Below, piece after piece: positions 1 to 8,859 of a stretch of DNA of 64,000 nucleotides. The notes under the pieces were generated by a model. It was not told the DNA's origin, did no database searches, and worked only from the letters and a program-made list of their open reading frames with translations. The stretch is taken from contig DASXYL010000040.1 in the NCBI GenBank assembly GCA_036502575.1, forward strand, positions 47,283 to 111,282. Direction: 5' to 3'. Source of the stretch: Jatrophihabitantaceae bacterium. Its GTDB lineage: Bacteria; Actinomycetota; Actinomycetes; Mycobacteriales; Jatrophihabitantaceae. Position 1 is the stretch's first letter; every line of letters begins with the position of its first letter. A program made the translations under genes and the position numbers.

Positions 1-186
1 GAGCTGGTACTGCAGGCCCGAGCAGCCGCCAGGCTGAACGGCGACGCGCAGTCGGAGATCGTCGCGGCCCTCCTGATCGAGCAGGGCCCGAACCTTGCCC
101 GCTGCCGTCTCGGTCAACGTCACCGTGCTGGCCGGCGCCTCGGTCGGTGCGCTGGTCAGCTCGATCGCGGTGGTATCGGTAGTCAT
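1..186 (-). CDS. HesB/IscA/ErpA-family iron-sulfur cluster insertion protein (N-terminal part; runs off window edge)
   Basis: Reverse translation from CAT at 184-186 gives [12 protein letters not shown]...[19 protein letters not shown], which carries the GGCSG-x-x-Y signature of HesB/IscA. It is absent from the ORF track because the window edge truncates it. Confidence 0.6.
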   Translation of the reverse strand, partial: MTTDTTAIELTSAPTEAPASTVTLTETAAGKVRALLDQEGRDDLRLRVAVQPGGCSGLQYQL

Positions 187-273
187 ATGGCTCCCCGGGC
201 TTGAACGGGCGTATTCGTACTTGGACGCAACCCGGCTGCGCCAGGAAGCTATTCCCGATCGTACCCGTCAAGG

Positions 274-1278
274 TCAGGTGGATCGGATTTCGCCACCCAC
301 AACCTGCACCGGGACGGCCGTGAGCCCGGTCGTAGCCGGCCCGTTGAGCAGTTTGCCGGTCGCGTCGAAGCGCGAGCCGTGGCACGGGCAGGTGAAGCCG
401 GTCGACGGCGACTCGAACGCAACGGTGCAGCCCTGATGCGGGCACTTCGCGTCCACCGCGGTGAACTGGCCGGCTTGCAGCTGCAGGACCCAGTCGGTCT
501 GACCGGTGCCGGGGTCCTTGACCTGCTTGGCGCCGCCCACCGGGACGTCGGCCACGTTGGCCAGGACCGGGCCCGTCGGGGCGGCCGATGTGCTGGCCGA
601 CGTCGTCGGATCCGATGGACTGCCGGACGGGTCGGCCGACGACGGCGGCACCGCCGGATCAGCCGATCGCGCCGGCTTGTCCGAGCTGCGGAACAGCGCC
701 GAACCACCGGCCAGTACGCCACCGAGCAGCGCGGCTCCCCCGGCGAGCACGAGGCGGCGGGTGCGGTCCTCGGAGACGCCCGGATGCCGCTCCCGCGTCT
801 GGGCCAGCCAGGCGTCCAGGGACAGCACCTGGGCGCCACCGATCAGCAGCGGCGTCCACGCGAACAGGTAGACGACGTCGGCGCTGGTGAACCACGGCTC
901 GGCGCCCCAGCTGATGGTCAGCCACAGGGACAGCGACAAGATCATGCCGCCGAGCGCTGCGATCCGCGTGAACAGGCCCAGCAGCACGCCGAGCCCTATC
1001 GCGATCTCGGCGAGCGAGGTGAACACGCCGAATGCGAACGAGTGGTCGACCACCGGTCCGAGCAGGCCGCTGACCGGGCTGATGTCACGCACCGCCACGA
1101 TCTGGGCGTGTATGGATATCGGCGAGGACGCGTCCAGGAAGTGCCGGTCGGCGATCTTGGAGATGCCCGCGTAGAGGAAGACGACGCTGAGGAAGCCGCG
1201 TAGCGGCAGCAGCACCCAGCCTCCCTGCAGGTATCGCGATGGGATCAACGATCTTCCTCTCGACGTGTGTGGGGCCAC
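274..1278 (-). CDS. Membrane DoxX-like domain fused to a C-terminal Rieske [2Fe-2S] domain
   Basis: 334 aa ORF. The N-terminal part has about 4 hydrophobic helices (LLPLRGFLSVVFLYAGISK...), followed by a Pro/Ser/Ala linker. The C-terminus has CPHQGC...CPCHGSRF Rieske cluster ligands. The start codon is uncertain. Confidence 0.75.
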   Translation of the reverse strand: MAPHTSRGRSLIPSRYLQGGWVLLPLRGFLSVVFLYAGISKIADRHFLDASSPISIHAQIVAVRDISPVSGLLGPVVDHSFAFGVFTSLAEIAIGLGVLLGLFTRIAALGGMILSLSLWLTISWGAEPWFTSADVVYLFAWTPLLIGGAQVLSLDAWLAQTRERHPGVSEDRTRRLVLAGGAALLGGVLAGGSALFRSSDKPARSADPAVPPSSADPSGSPSDPTTSASTSAAPTGPVLANVADVPVGGAKQVKDPGTGQTDWVLQLQAGQFTAVDAKCPHQGCTVAFESPSTGFTCPCHGSRFDATGKLLNGPATTGLTAVPVQVVGGEIRST

Positions 1279-1319
1279 ATTGGAGCACGTGTATATGAAG
1301 TGGTACGTAGATTGGTGGC

Positions 1320-2501
1320 GTGACGTTCACCGAACCGCAACCCACACAGCTGGCGCTGATGTTGCTCGGGCGCGGGAGCGACGCGGAGTCCGAGCGCGGC
1401 GTGGACTGTCCGGGCGACCTGCCGCCCGCGTCCGACCCGGATCTGGTCGAGCGGGCCCGGGCGGCGAAGGCGGCCCTGGACGACCGGCTGTTCATCCTCG
1501 GGCACCATTACCAGCGTGACGAGGTGATCCAGTTCGCCGACGTCACGGGCGATTCGTTCAAGCTGGCCCGTGATGCCGCGGCCCGTCCCGCCGCCGACTA
1601 CATCGTCTTCTGCGGCGTGCACTTCATGGCCGAGTCGGCCGACATTCTCACCTCCCCTGAGCAGAAGGTGATCTTGCCCGATCTCGCGGCCGGTTGCTCG
1701 ATGGCCGACATGGCGACCGGGCAGCAGCTGCTCGACGCCTGGGACGTGCTCACCGACGCGGGCGTCGCCGACGTCACCATCCCGATCACGTACATGAACT
1801 CCTCGGCGGCGATCAAGGGCTTCACCGGCGCGCATCGTGGCGCGGTGTGCACGTCGTCCAACGCCGAGCGCGCGCTGCGCTGGGCGTTCGAGCAGGGTGA
1901 GAAGGTGCTGTTCCTGCCCGACCAGCACCTGGGTCGCAACACCGCTGTGCTCGAACTCGGCCTGTCGTTGGACGACTGCGTGCTGTTCGACCCGCACAAG
2001 CCCGGCGGTGGTCTCACGCCGCAGCAGCTGCGCGACGCGAAGGTCATCCTGTGGCGCGGGCACTGCTCGGTGCACGGACGCTTCACCGCCGAGAACATCG
2101 ACGACGTGCGGGCCCGCGTCCCCGGCGTCAACGTCCTCGTCCACCCCGAGTGCCGCCACGACGTCGTGCTCAAGGCCGACTACGTCGGGTCGACCGAGTA
2201 CATCATCAACACGCTGAACGCCGCCCCCGCCGGATCGTCCTGGGCGCTCGGCACCGAGCTCAACCTCGTGCGCCGGCTGGCCGACCAGCACCCGGACAAG
2301 CGGATCGTGTTCCTGGAGAAGACGGTCTGCTACTGCGCGACGATGAACCGCATCGACCTGCCGCACCTGGTGCACTCGCTCGAGTCGCTGGTGCGCGGTG
2401 AGGTGGTCAACCAGATCACCGTCGAGAAGTCCGTTGCCGCCAACGCGCGCATTGCCCTGGATCGGATGCTGGCTCTGCCCTCTGTGATCTCGGGGACCTA
2501 G
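1320..2501 (+). CDS. nadA: Quinolinate synthase NadA
   Basis: 393 aa with GTG start. Motifs ILGHHYQRDEV, CGVHFMAESADIL, VHPEC and CATMNRI are typical of NadA. Confidence 0.9.
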   Translation: MTFTEPQPTQLALMLLGRGSDAESERGVDCPGDLPPASDPDLVERARAAKAALDDRLFILGHHYQRDEVIQFADVTGDSFKLARDAAARPAADYIVFCGVHFMAESADILTSPEQKVILPDLAAGCSMADMATGQQLLDAWDVLTDAGVADVTIPITYMNSSAAIKGFTGAHRGAVCTSSNAERALRWAFEQGEKVLFLPDQHLGRNTAVLELGLSLDDCVLFDPHKPGGGLTPQQLRDAKVILWRGHCSVHGRFTAENIDDVRARVPGVNVLVHPECRHDVVLKADYVGSTEYIINTLNAAPAGSSWALGTELNLVRRLADQHPDKRIVFLEKTVCYCATMNRIDLPHLVHSLESLVRGEVVNQITVEKSVAANARIALDRMLALPSVISGT

Positions 2502-2519
2502 CCCCCTCCACTACTCTCG

Positions 2520-3152
2520 TTGACTGTGAAGCTGTTGCGCCGGCGTCCGGCCGCCCCCGAAGCCGATGTCATGCCCGAGGACCCGACCGCGGACGTCGTC
2601 TCCGGCGGCTCCGGCAAAGGCCGGCCCACGCCGAAGCGGCGCGACACCACGCCGGTCCGGGGCCCGGTGAGCGCGCCGAAGACGCGCAAGGAGGCCTACC
2701 GCTGGCAGAAGCAGCAGACCGCGCGCCCGAGCGGCAGCGCAGCCGGCGGGGGACGGGGCGGCAAGCGGCAGAGTGGCCTGGCGCACCGGGAGGCGCTGCG
2801 CCGCGGCGACCCGGACGCGCTGCCCAAGCGCGACCGCGGCCCGGTACGCAAGATCGCCCGGGACTGGGTCGACTCGCACCGGATGCTGTCGAACTACATG
2901 CTGATCCTGTTCCCACTGATGGTCGTCGGGTATTTCATCTCGTACCTGAACATCGCGGTCATCGCGCTGCTGTTCACCATCGTCATCGAGTGGTATCTCA
3001 CCGGACGGCGGATCCGCGCGCTCGCCCTGAGCCGGCTCGACGACGTGCGCGAGGGCCCGTGGGGGCTCGGGTTCTACGCGGGCAGCCGCGCCTACATGCC
3101 TCGCCGCTGGCGGATGCCCGGCCCCCAGGTGCAAATCGGCGACTCAATCTAA
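2520..3152 (+). CDS. DUF3043-like membrane protein
   Basis: 210 aa. Basic N-terminus (KGRPTPKRRD...KTRKEAYRWQKQQ) followed by two TM helices. This architecture is typical of actinobacterial DUF3043. Confidence 0.55.
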   Translation: MTVKLLRRRPAAPEADVMPEDPTADVVSGGSGKGRPTPKRRDTTPVRGPVSAPKTRKEAYRWQKQQTARPSGSAAGGGRGGKRQSGLAHREALRRGDPDALPKRDRGPVRKIARDWVDSHRMLSNYMLILFPLMVVGYFISYLNIAVIALLFTIVIEWYLTGRRIRALALSRLDDVREGPWGLGFYAGSRAYMPRRWRMPGPQVQIGDSI

Positions 3153-3230
3153 CCGGCCCAAATCGGATCTGCGCGGGCCCGCTACAGAACAGCGGGCCGC
3201 GCGCAGACCGAGCGCAAGCTCCCTCCGGTC

Positions 3231-3282
3231 GCGCGCGGGCCGGGCTCTTCGCGCGAGCGCTCATCGCCTCGTGGTTGCGAGG
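3231..3282 (+). repeat. Intergenic repeat, module M3 copy (26-nt invariant core at 3242-3267)
   Basis: The core gggctcttcgcgcgagcgctcatcgc is identical at 26271-26296, 54818-54843 and 58336-58361. This copy lies between convergent genes. Confidence 0.85.
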
Positions 3283-3298
3283 GGTGGCTGAGTTTCGC

Positions 3299-3961
3299 TT
3301 ATGGGGCGGTCCGGTCCAGGGCTAGGGCGGCGAGCTTCACCATGGCCGGTTCGCGCTTGGCCGCCGAGAGCAGGTTCTGGTCGACGCTCACCGCGACCGT
3401 GCGCTGACCGGACGCCACGACCAGCAGCGGGACGTCGTAGCCGGCGCCCTTCCCGACGAGCAAGGTCGCGTCGTTGCCGGCCACCTGCGTCGTTGACCGC
3501 GTGGCTCCATGATCGAGGTAGTCGGTGACGGTGCCGGAGAGCCGCTTCTGCGCCTGGGCCGGTGTCGTGTAGAGGCTGATGCCGACCTCGACGGTCGGGG
3601 TGCCCTTGCCACTGGTGCCCAGTCCGTAGCGACAGTTGAGGTAGCCGAGGCGGCCGATGTTCTTCTCCGCGACGCCCACCACGTAGGCGTTCTTGCCGAC
3701 GAAGTGAATGCCCATCAGGTCCTCGACCTCGGGCTGCGGCAACAGGGTGTCGCAGGTGCCGTGCAGCTTGGTCACCAGCTTGGTCGGTGACGCACTGGTC
3801 GACGGCGCAGCCGACGAACTCGCGGTCGTCGAGGCCGAGGAGCTGGGTTGCGTCGAAGGCGTCGTCTTGGCGTTCTTGGACCCGCTCGACCCGCACCCGC
3901 TTACCGCGATCAGCACGGAAAGGGCGCCGGCGGAGCAAGCCAGGGTTCTGGCCATGTGCAC
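3299..3961 (-). CDS. Putative secreted lipoprotein
   Basis: 220 aa with signal peptide and lipobox (LIAVSGCGSSGS). No family recognised. Confidence 0.55.
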   Translation of the reverse strand: MHMARTLACSAGALSVLIAVSGCGSSGSKNAKTTPSTQPSSSASTTASSSAAPSTSASPTKLVTKLHGTCDTLLPQPEVEDLMGIHFVGKNAYVVGVAEKNIGRLGYLNCRYGLGTSGKGTPTVEVGISLYTTPAQAQKRLSGTVTDYLDHGATRSTTQVAGNDATLLVGKGAGYDVPLLVVASGQRTVAVSVDQNLLSAAKREPAMVKLAALALDRTAP

Positions 3962-3965
3962 GTTT

Positions 3966-4790
3966 TCACCCTAACTGGGGAGGTGGCTCGGGTCCGTCAT
4001 CGACACGGCTCGCAATCGAGTCATTGCGTTGAGTCGATCCCGGCGCGCGCTCGAGGAAGCGCAGCAGCTCGACCGGGAACGGCAGCACCAGCGTCGAGTT
4101 CTTCTCGGCGGCCACCTCGACGACGGTCTCGAGCAGGCGCAGCTGCAACGCTGCCGGCGTGTCGGCCATGGCGGCCGCGGCCTGGGCGAGCTTCTCCGAG
4201 GCCTGCAGCTCACCCTCGGCCGAGATGACCCGCGCCCGCCGTTCGCGCTCGGCCTCGGCCTGGCGCGACATCGAGCGCTTCATCGACTCGGGCAGCGCGA
4301 CGTCCTTGATCTCGACCCGGTCGATGTGGATGCCCCAGTCCAGCGCCGGGCTGTCGATCATCATCTCCAGGCCCTGGTTGAGCCGCTCCCGGTTGGCCAG
4401 CAGGTCGTCCAGATCGCTCTTGCCGATCATCGAGCGCAGCGACGTCTGCGCCACCTGCAAGATCGCGAAGCGGTAGTCCTGCACGTTCACGATGGCCAGC
4501 GCCGGATCGACCACCTTGAAGTACACGACCGCATCGACGCGCACCGTCACGTTGTCGCGCGTGATGCCGTCCTGCGCCGGCACCGGCATGGTGACGAGCT
4601 GGACGTTGACCTTGCGCATCCGCTCGATGCCGGGACGGACGAAGGTCAGCCCCGGCCCGCGCGTCTGTTCGAGTACCCGCCCGAGCCGGAACACCAGTCC
4701 GCGCTCGTACTGCTTGACGGTGCGCGCTCCGAGCGCGAGGTAGATGGCGACGAGGCCCAGCAGGGCAAGAATGAGGATGATGACGGCCAT
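3966..4790 (-). CDS. SPFH/Band 7 (stomatin-like, slipin) family protein
   Basis: 274 aa. N-terminal TM, then YERGLVFRLGR...VDAVVYFKV...LRSMIGKSDLDDLL...EAERERRA, typical of the SPFH domain. Confidence 0.85.
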   Translation of the reverse strand: MAVIILILALLGLVAIYLALGARTVKQYERGLVFRLGRVLEQTRGPGLTFVRPGIERMRKVNVQLVTMPVPAQDGITRDNVTVRVDAVVYFKVVDPALAIVNVQDYRFAILQVAQTSLRSMIGKSDLDDLLANRERLNQGLEMMIDSPALDWGIHIDRVEIKDVALPESMKRSMSRQAEAERERRARVISAEGELQASEKLAQAAAAMADTPAALQLRLLETVVEVAAEKNSTLVLPFPVELLRFLERAPGSTQRNDSIASRVDDGPEPPPQLG

Positions 4791-4856
4791 CGCGACCTCC
4801 CGCGTGTGCGGCGGTGGCGCCTGGCCTCGATGGTAGCTCCGGCCGGTGTGCTGCTC

Positions 4857-5057
4857 TCAGTCTTCTGACAGCGGCATCGGCCCGTACACCAGGACGCTGT
4901 CCTCGTAGAGGCTTACCTGAGCGACGCCGTGCGCCGCGAGCTCGCGCCAGTCCTCGCCGAGCCAGCTCTCCGCATCGGACTGGCTCGGGTGCGGCGGCGA
5001 GTTCGGCATCGTCAACACTGTGCCGTCAGCCGTCTCGAGGCGCCACACCCAGCTCAT
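4857..5057 (-). CDS. Small hypothetical protein (66 aa)
   Basis: Internal ATG of the long ORF 4857..6023 gives MSWVWRLETADGTV...VYGPMPLSED. The upstream remainder of that ORF is antisense to cbiB and Arg/Pro-rich, which looks like an artefact. Confidence 0.3.
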   Translation of the reverse strand: MSWVWRLETADGTVLTMPNSPPHPSQSDAESWLGEDWRELAAHGVAQVSLYEDSVLVYGPMPLSED

Positions 5058-5087
5058 GAGCGCCGAGCCTAACGGTACGTTCGGCGG

Positions 5088-5789
5088 GTGCCCGCTCGGT
5101 CCTCGCTCGCCGCCGGGCTGCTCATCGGCACAGCACTGGACGCGCTCGTGCCTGATCCGGGCCGCGGTCACCCGGTGGCGATCTTCGGCGCGGCCCGCCA
5201 GCAGGTGACCCATCTCGTCGGCCGTGACCCGGCCGCACTCGACGCGGACGGCGTCGCGCGGGCGGCGGTCGAATCGGTCGCCGAGAACACCTGCGACGCG
5301 ATCGTCGCGCCGCTGTTCTGGGGCGCGGTCGCCGGCGTCCCCGGGTTGCTCGGCTACCGGGCGATCAACACGCTCGACGCGATGGTCGGACACCGTACCC
5401 CTCGGTATGGGAACTTCGGCTGGGCGTCCGCCCGGCTGGACGATCTCGCCAACCTCGTCCCGGCGCGGCTCACCGCGGGGCTCGTCGCGCTGGCGAGCGG
5501 GCGCGCCCGGCGAACCCTCCGGGTCGCGGTTCGCGATGGCCATCGGCACCCGAGCCCGAACTCCGGTTACGCCGAGGCGGCCTACGCGGGAGCGTTGGGG
5601 TTGCGGCTCGGCGGCCGCAGCGTCTACGCGAATAGGGTCGAACACCGCCCGGAGCTGGGCGACGGGACGCTGCCGGGCCGGCAGGACATCCCGCGCGCCA
5701 CCCGCCTGTGCGCCGCCGTGACGATCGCCGCGGCCGTCACGGCGGCGCCGATCGCTCGGGGGCGCGGCCGACAAGGCCTGCGTTGCTAG
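5088..5789 (+). CDS. cbiB: CobD/CbiB adenosylcobinamide-phosphate synthase homolog with an in-frame internal deletion (233 aa)
   Basis: Has the N-terminal DPGRGHPVAIFG motif and the C-terminal two thirds (VGRDP...ESVAENTCDAIVAPLFW...YRAINTLDAMVGH...ARLDDLANLVPARL...HPSPNSGYAEAA). The roughly 80-residue segment normally between HPV..G and GRD is missing. Confidence 0.75.
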   Translation: MPARSSLAAGLLIGTALDALVPDPGRGHPVAIFGAARQQVTHLVGRDPAALDADGVARAAVESVAENTCDAIVAPLFWGAVAGVPGLLGYRAINTLDAMVGHRTPRYGNFGWASARLDDLANLVPARLTAGLVALASGRARRTLRVAVRDGHRHPSPNSGYAEAAYAGALGLRLGGRSVYANRVEHRPELGDGTLPGRQDIPRATRLCAAVTIAAAVTAAPIARGRGRQGLRC

Positions 5790-6005
5790 GGTGACGGGGT
5801 CCCAGGAGCCATCCCGGGATGGCCCAGGTGCAGCGAAGACCGGTGAGAGCCCGGCGCTGTCCCGCAACGGTACTGCTCCCGGAACCGGGGGCGAGCCCGG
5901 ACGCCTGCCCTGCGCCAGCGCAACCAGTCCTCGGAGGAAGGGCGGTTCGTTCGGCGCCTCCGGTGTCGAAGCGGGCGCACTTCGTCCTCCGCGACACGAT
6001 GGAGG
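5790..6005 (+). promoter_or_regulatory. Cobalamin (B12) riboswitch with an SD-sequestering expression platform
   Basis: Conserved core gaagaccggtgagagcccggcgctgtcccgcaacggta (5836-5873). B12-box-like gagcccggacgcctgcc (5892-5908). cgtcctcc (5983-5990) can pair with ggaggatg (6001-6008), which covers the RBS and start of the downstream transporter gene. Confidence 0.8.
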
Positions 6006-6011
6006 ATGAGC

Positions 6012-6980
6012 ATGTTCACCCACTCGCGACAGGCCCGCGCGGCCCTGGTCGCATCAGTCGCAGCACTCTCGGCCGTGGCCGCGTGCAGCAGCTCCAGTAG
6101 CCCGGCGCCGAGCTCCGCACCCGGATCAGGCACGACGGCGCCGGCCAGCGCCGCCCACTTCCCGGTCACGGTGCACGCCGCCAACGGCAACGTCACCATC
6201 GCCGGCAAACCCACCGCGATCGTCTCGCTCTCGCCGACCGCGACCGAGATGCTGTACGCGATCGGGGCCGGAGCCCAGGTCAAGGCGGTTGACAAGGACT
6301 CCGACTATCCGGCGGGCACGCCGCGCACCACTCTGAATGCCGTGGTGCTCAACGCCGAGGCGGTGGCGAAATACCAGCCGGACCTCGTCGTGGCGGCCGG
6401 ACTCGCGCCCGCACAGGCGCAGCAGCTCGCCAAGCTGAACGTCAAGGTGCTCGACGAGCCGGCCGCGACCGATGTCTCGCAGTCCTACGAACAGCTCACC
6501 CAGCTCGGTGACGCCACGGGGCACCCGGACGGCGCGGCGGCGGTGATCGCGACCATGAAGCAGAAGATCGCGGCGATCGTCACGACGGCGTCGAAGCGGG
6601 CCGCCACGTACTACTACGAGCTCGACCAGACGTATTACTCGGTGACGTCGACAACCTTCGTCGGACGGGTGTTGCGGATGCTCGGGCTGACCAGCATCGC
6701 CGACGCCGCGAAGGGGGCGGCCGCGAGCGGGGGCTACCCGCAGCTGTCCGCCGAATTCATCCTCAAGGCCAACCCAGACTACGTCTTCCTCGCCGACACC
6801 CGCTGCTGCAAGCAGTCGCTCACGACGGTGGGCAAACGTCCGGGCTGGTCGGCGCTGTCGTCAGTGCGCGGGGGCCGCGTCATCTCCATCGACGACTCGA
6901 TCGCCTCCCGGTGGGGGCCGCGCATCGTCGACCTGCTGAGCACGGTTGCCGCGGCCCTCCAGCAGCATCCGGTGACGTGA
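6012..6980 (+). CDS. ABC transporter substrate-binding lipoprotein, BtuF/iron-siderophore type (Peripla_BP_2)
   Basis: Lipobox LSAVAACSS. IVSLSPTATEMLYAIGAG..VKAVD is typical of the family. The ORF track starts at 6006. The ATG at 6012 is better spaced from GGAGGA (6001-6006). Confidence 0.85.
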   Translation: MFTHSRQARAALVASVAALSAVAACSSSSSPAPSSAPGSGTTAPASAAHFPVTVHAANGNVTIAGKPTAIVSLSPTATEMLYAIGAGAQVKAVDKDSDYPAGTPRTTLNAVVLNAEAVAKYQPDLVVAAGLAPAQAQQLAKLNVKVLDEPAATDVSQSYEQLTQLGDATGHPDGAAAVIATMKQKIAAIVTTASKRAATYYYELDQTYYSVTSTTFVGRVLRMLGLTSIADAAKGAAASGGYPQLSAEFILKANPDYVFLADTRCCKQSLTTVGKRPGWSALSSVRGGRVISIDDSIASRWGPRIVDLLSTVAAALQQHPVT

Positions 6981-8074
6981 GCGCCGAGCCGGCCGCCACT
7001 GACGGAGAGCGCGGTGCTGTGCTGCCCGGGGTCGACCGGGCGCTCGATCGTCCGCATCCGGTCCGTCGGCCACTGACCGTTTCCGCCGTTGTGCTGGTCG
7101 GGGCGATGCTGCTGGCTACCGCGGTGGGGCCGGTGAACATCAGCGTGGGCGACGTGGTCGGCACGATCTTGGCCCACGTTTCCTTCCTGGACTTCCACAC
7201 CGCGACTCCCCCGGTCGACCAGGCGATCGTGTGGCAACTGCGGTTGCCCCGAGTCGTGCTGGCCGCACTGGTCGGGGCGATGCTCGCCGCCGGCGGCACC
7301 TCCTACCAGGGCGTGCTGCGCAACTCGCTGGCCGACCCGTTCCTGCTCGGCGTAGCCGCCGGCGCCGGGCTGGGCGCCACCGTGGCCATCGTCACCGGAC
7401 ACGGCGGCGGCATCGTCCTCCCCGCATCGGCGTTCGTCGGAGCGGTGCTCGCCGTGGGGCTGACGTACCTGGTCGCGACGGCCGGGGGCGGGCCGGCGAG
7501 CGGCTACGCGATCCTGCTCGCCGGGGTGGCCATCGCGGCGATGCTCACCGCCGTGCAGACCTACCTGCAGCAGCGGCACACCGAGGAGATCCGCCAGATC
7601 TACAACTGGATCCTCGGCAGCTTCTCGGTCGCCTCGTGGTCGGACGTGCGACTCGTCCTGCCCTACGTCGCGGTCAGCGCCGTCGTGCTGCTCGCTCACC
7701 GCCGCGTCCTAGACGTATTGCGGGTCGGCGGCGAGGAAGCCGGTGCGCTCGGCATTCACCCGGAACGCAGCCGGCTGATCATCGTGGCCGCCGCCACGCT
7801 GGGGACCGCCGCGGCCGTGTCGGTGAGCGGGCTGATCGGGTTCGTGGGGATCCTCGTCCCGCACGCGGTCCGGCTGGCCGCCAGCGCCAGCTACCGCGTC
7901 GTGCTTCCGGTGTCCATGGTGTGCGGGGCGGCGTTCCTGGTGCTCGCCGATCTGGTCGCGCGCACGATCCAGGCGCCGACCGAGCTGCCGGTCGGCGTCG
8001 TCACCGCGGTGACCGGCGCGCCGTTCTTCCTGCTCGTGCTGCGCTCACGACGCACCCGGCACGGCGTTCTCTGA
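6977..8074 (+). CDS. FecCD/BtuC-family ABC permease
   Basis: Multi-TM protein with RLPRVVLAALVGAMLAAGGTSYQGVLRN.LADPFLLGV and the C-terminal ELPVGVVTAVTGAPFFL motif. GTG start at 6977 overlaps the upstream TGA (GTGA). Confidence 0.85.
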   Translation: MSAEPAATDGERGAVLPGVDRALDRPHPVRRPLTVSAVVLVGAMLLATAVGPVNISVGDVVGTILAHVSFLDFHTATPPVDQAIVWQLRLPRVVLAALVGAMLAAGGTSYQGVLRNSLADPFLLGVAAGAGLGATVAIVTGHGGGIVLPASAFVGAVLAVGLTYLVATAGGGPASGYAILLAGVAIAAMLTAVQTYLQQRHTEEIRQIYNWILGSFSVASWSDVRLVLPYVAVSAVVLLAHRRVLDVLRVGGEEAGALGIHPERSRLIIVAAATLGTAAAVSVSGLIGFVGILVPHAVRLAASASYRVVLPVSMVCGAAFLVLADLVARTIQAPTELPVGVVTAVTGAPFFLLVLRSRRTRHGVL

Positions 8075-8859
8075 TGCTGAGCCTCGAGCGAGTCACCGTG
8101 CGCTACGGGGCGTCCGTCGCCGTGGATGCCGTGAGCGAGTCAGCCGCCGCCGGCGAGTGGGTCGGCGTCATCGGGGCCAACGGCGCCGGGAAGTCCAGCC
8201 TGCTGCGGGCGGTGGCCCACCTGGTGCCGCACGAGGGCGTCGTGCGAATCGGCCGCGAGACGATGGGCCGGCTCTCCCCTCGGCGCCGTGCTCGGCTCGT
8301 CGCGTACGTGCCGCAGCAACCGGAGCTGCCGGCCGGGATGTCCGTGCTCGACTACACCCTGCTCGGCCGCACCCCGCACATCGGCTACTTCGGCGTCGAG
8401 TCGATGCACGATCGCGAGCGCTGCGCCGAGGTGCTCGACCGGATCGGCCTCGCCGATCTCACCGACCGATACCTGTCCACCCTCTCCGGCGGTGAGGTCC
8501 AGCGCGTGGTGTTGGCGCGGGCCCTGGCTCAGGAGGCGCCCGTTCTGCTGCTCGACGAGCCGACGAGTGCACTGGATCTGGGGCGGCGGGTCGACGCGCT
8601 CGAACTCGTCGACGAGCTGCGCCGCGAGCGGGACCTCACCGTGCTGAGCGCGATGCACGACCTGACGCTGGCCGCCCAGTTCGCCGACCGACTCGTGCTC
8701 CTCTCGGACGGCCGCGTCATCGCGTCCGGGCCGCCGGCCGACGTCCTGGACGAGAAGGTGCTCTCGGCCTGCTTCGGCGGCCGGGTCCGGGTGCTCACCG
8801 ACGACGACGGGCAACTACTCGTCGTGCCCCAGCGCTCGCGGAGGCGGATCGGATGCTGA
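8074..8859 (+). CDS. ABC transporter ATP-binding protein (BtuD/FecE type)
   Basis: Walker A GANGAGKSSLL, signature LSGGEVQRV, Walker B LLLDEPTSALD. ATG at 8074 overlaps the permease stop. Confidence 0.9.
   Translation: MLSLERVTVRYGASVAVDAVSESAAAGEWVGVIGANGAGKSSLLRAVAHLVPHEGVVRIGRETMGRLSPRRRARLVAYVPQQPELPAGMSVLDYTLLGRTPHIGYFGVESMHDRERCAEVLDRIGLADLTDRYLSTLSGGEVQRVVLARALAQEAPVLLLDEPTSALDLGRRVDALELVDELRRERDLTVLSAMHDLTLAAQFADRLVLLSDGRVIASGPPADVLDEKVLSACFGGRVRVLTDDDGQLLVVPQRSRRRIGC

Noticed and set aside
2998-3264. Recurrent small ORFs beginning MSARAKSP (also 26036..26293 and within 58176..58598), and GSGIAPE-containing ORFs (33877..34071), as a possible small-protein family.
   Set aside because: The shared peptide is the translation of the 26-nt M3 repeat core. 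The frames diverge immediately outside the repeat, there is no RBS, and the copies sit between convergent genes. I treat them as DNA/RNA repeats, not genes.
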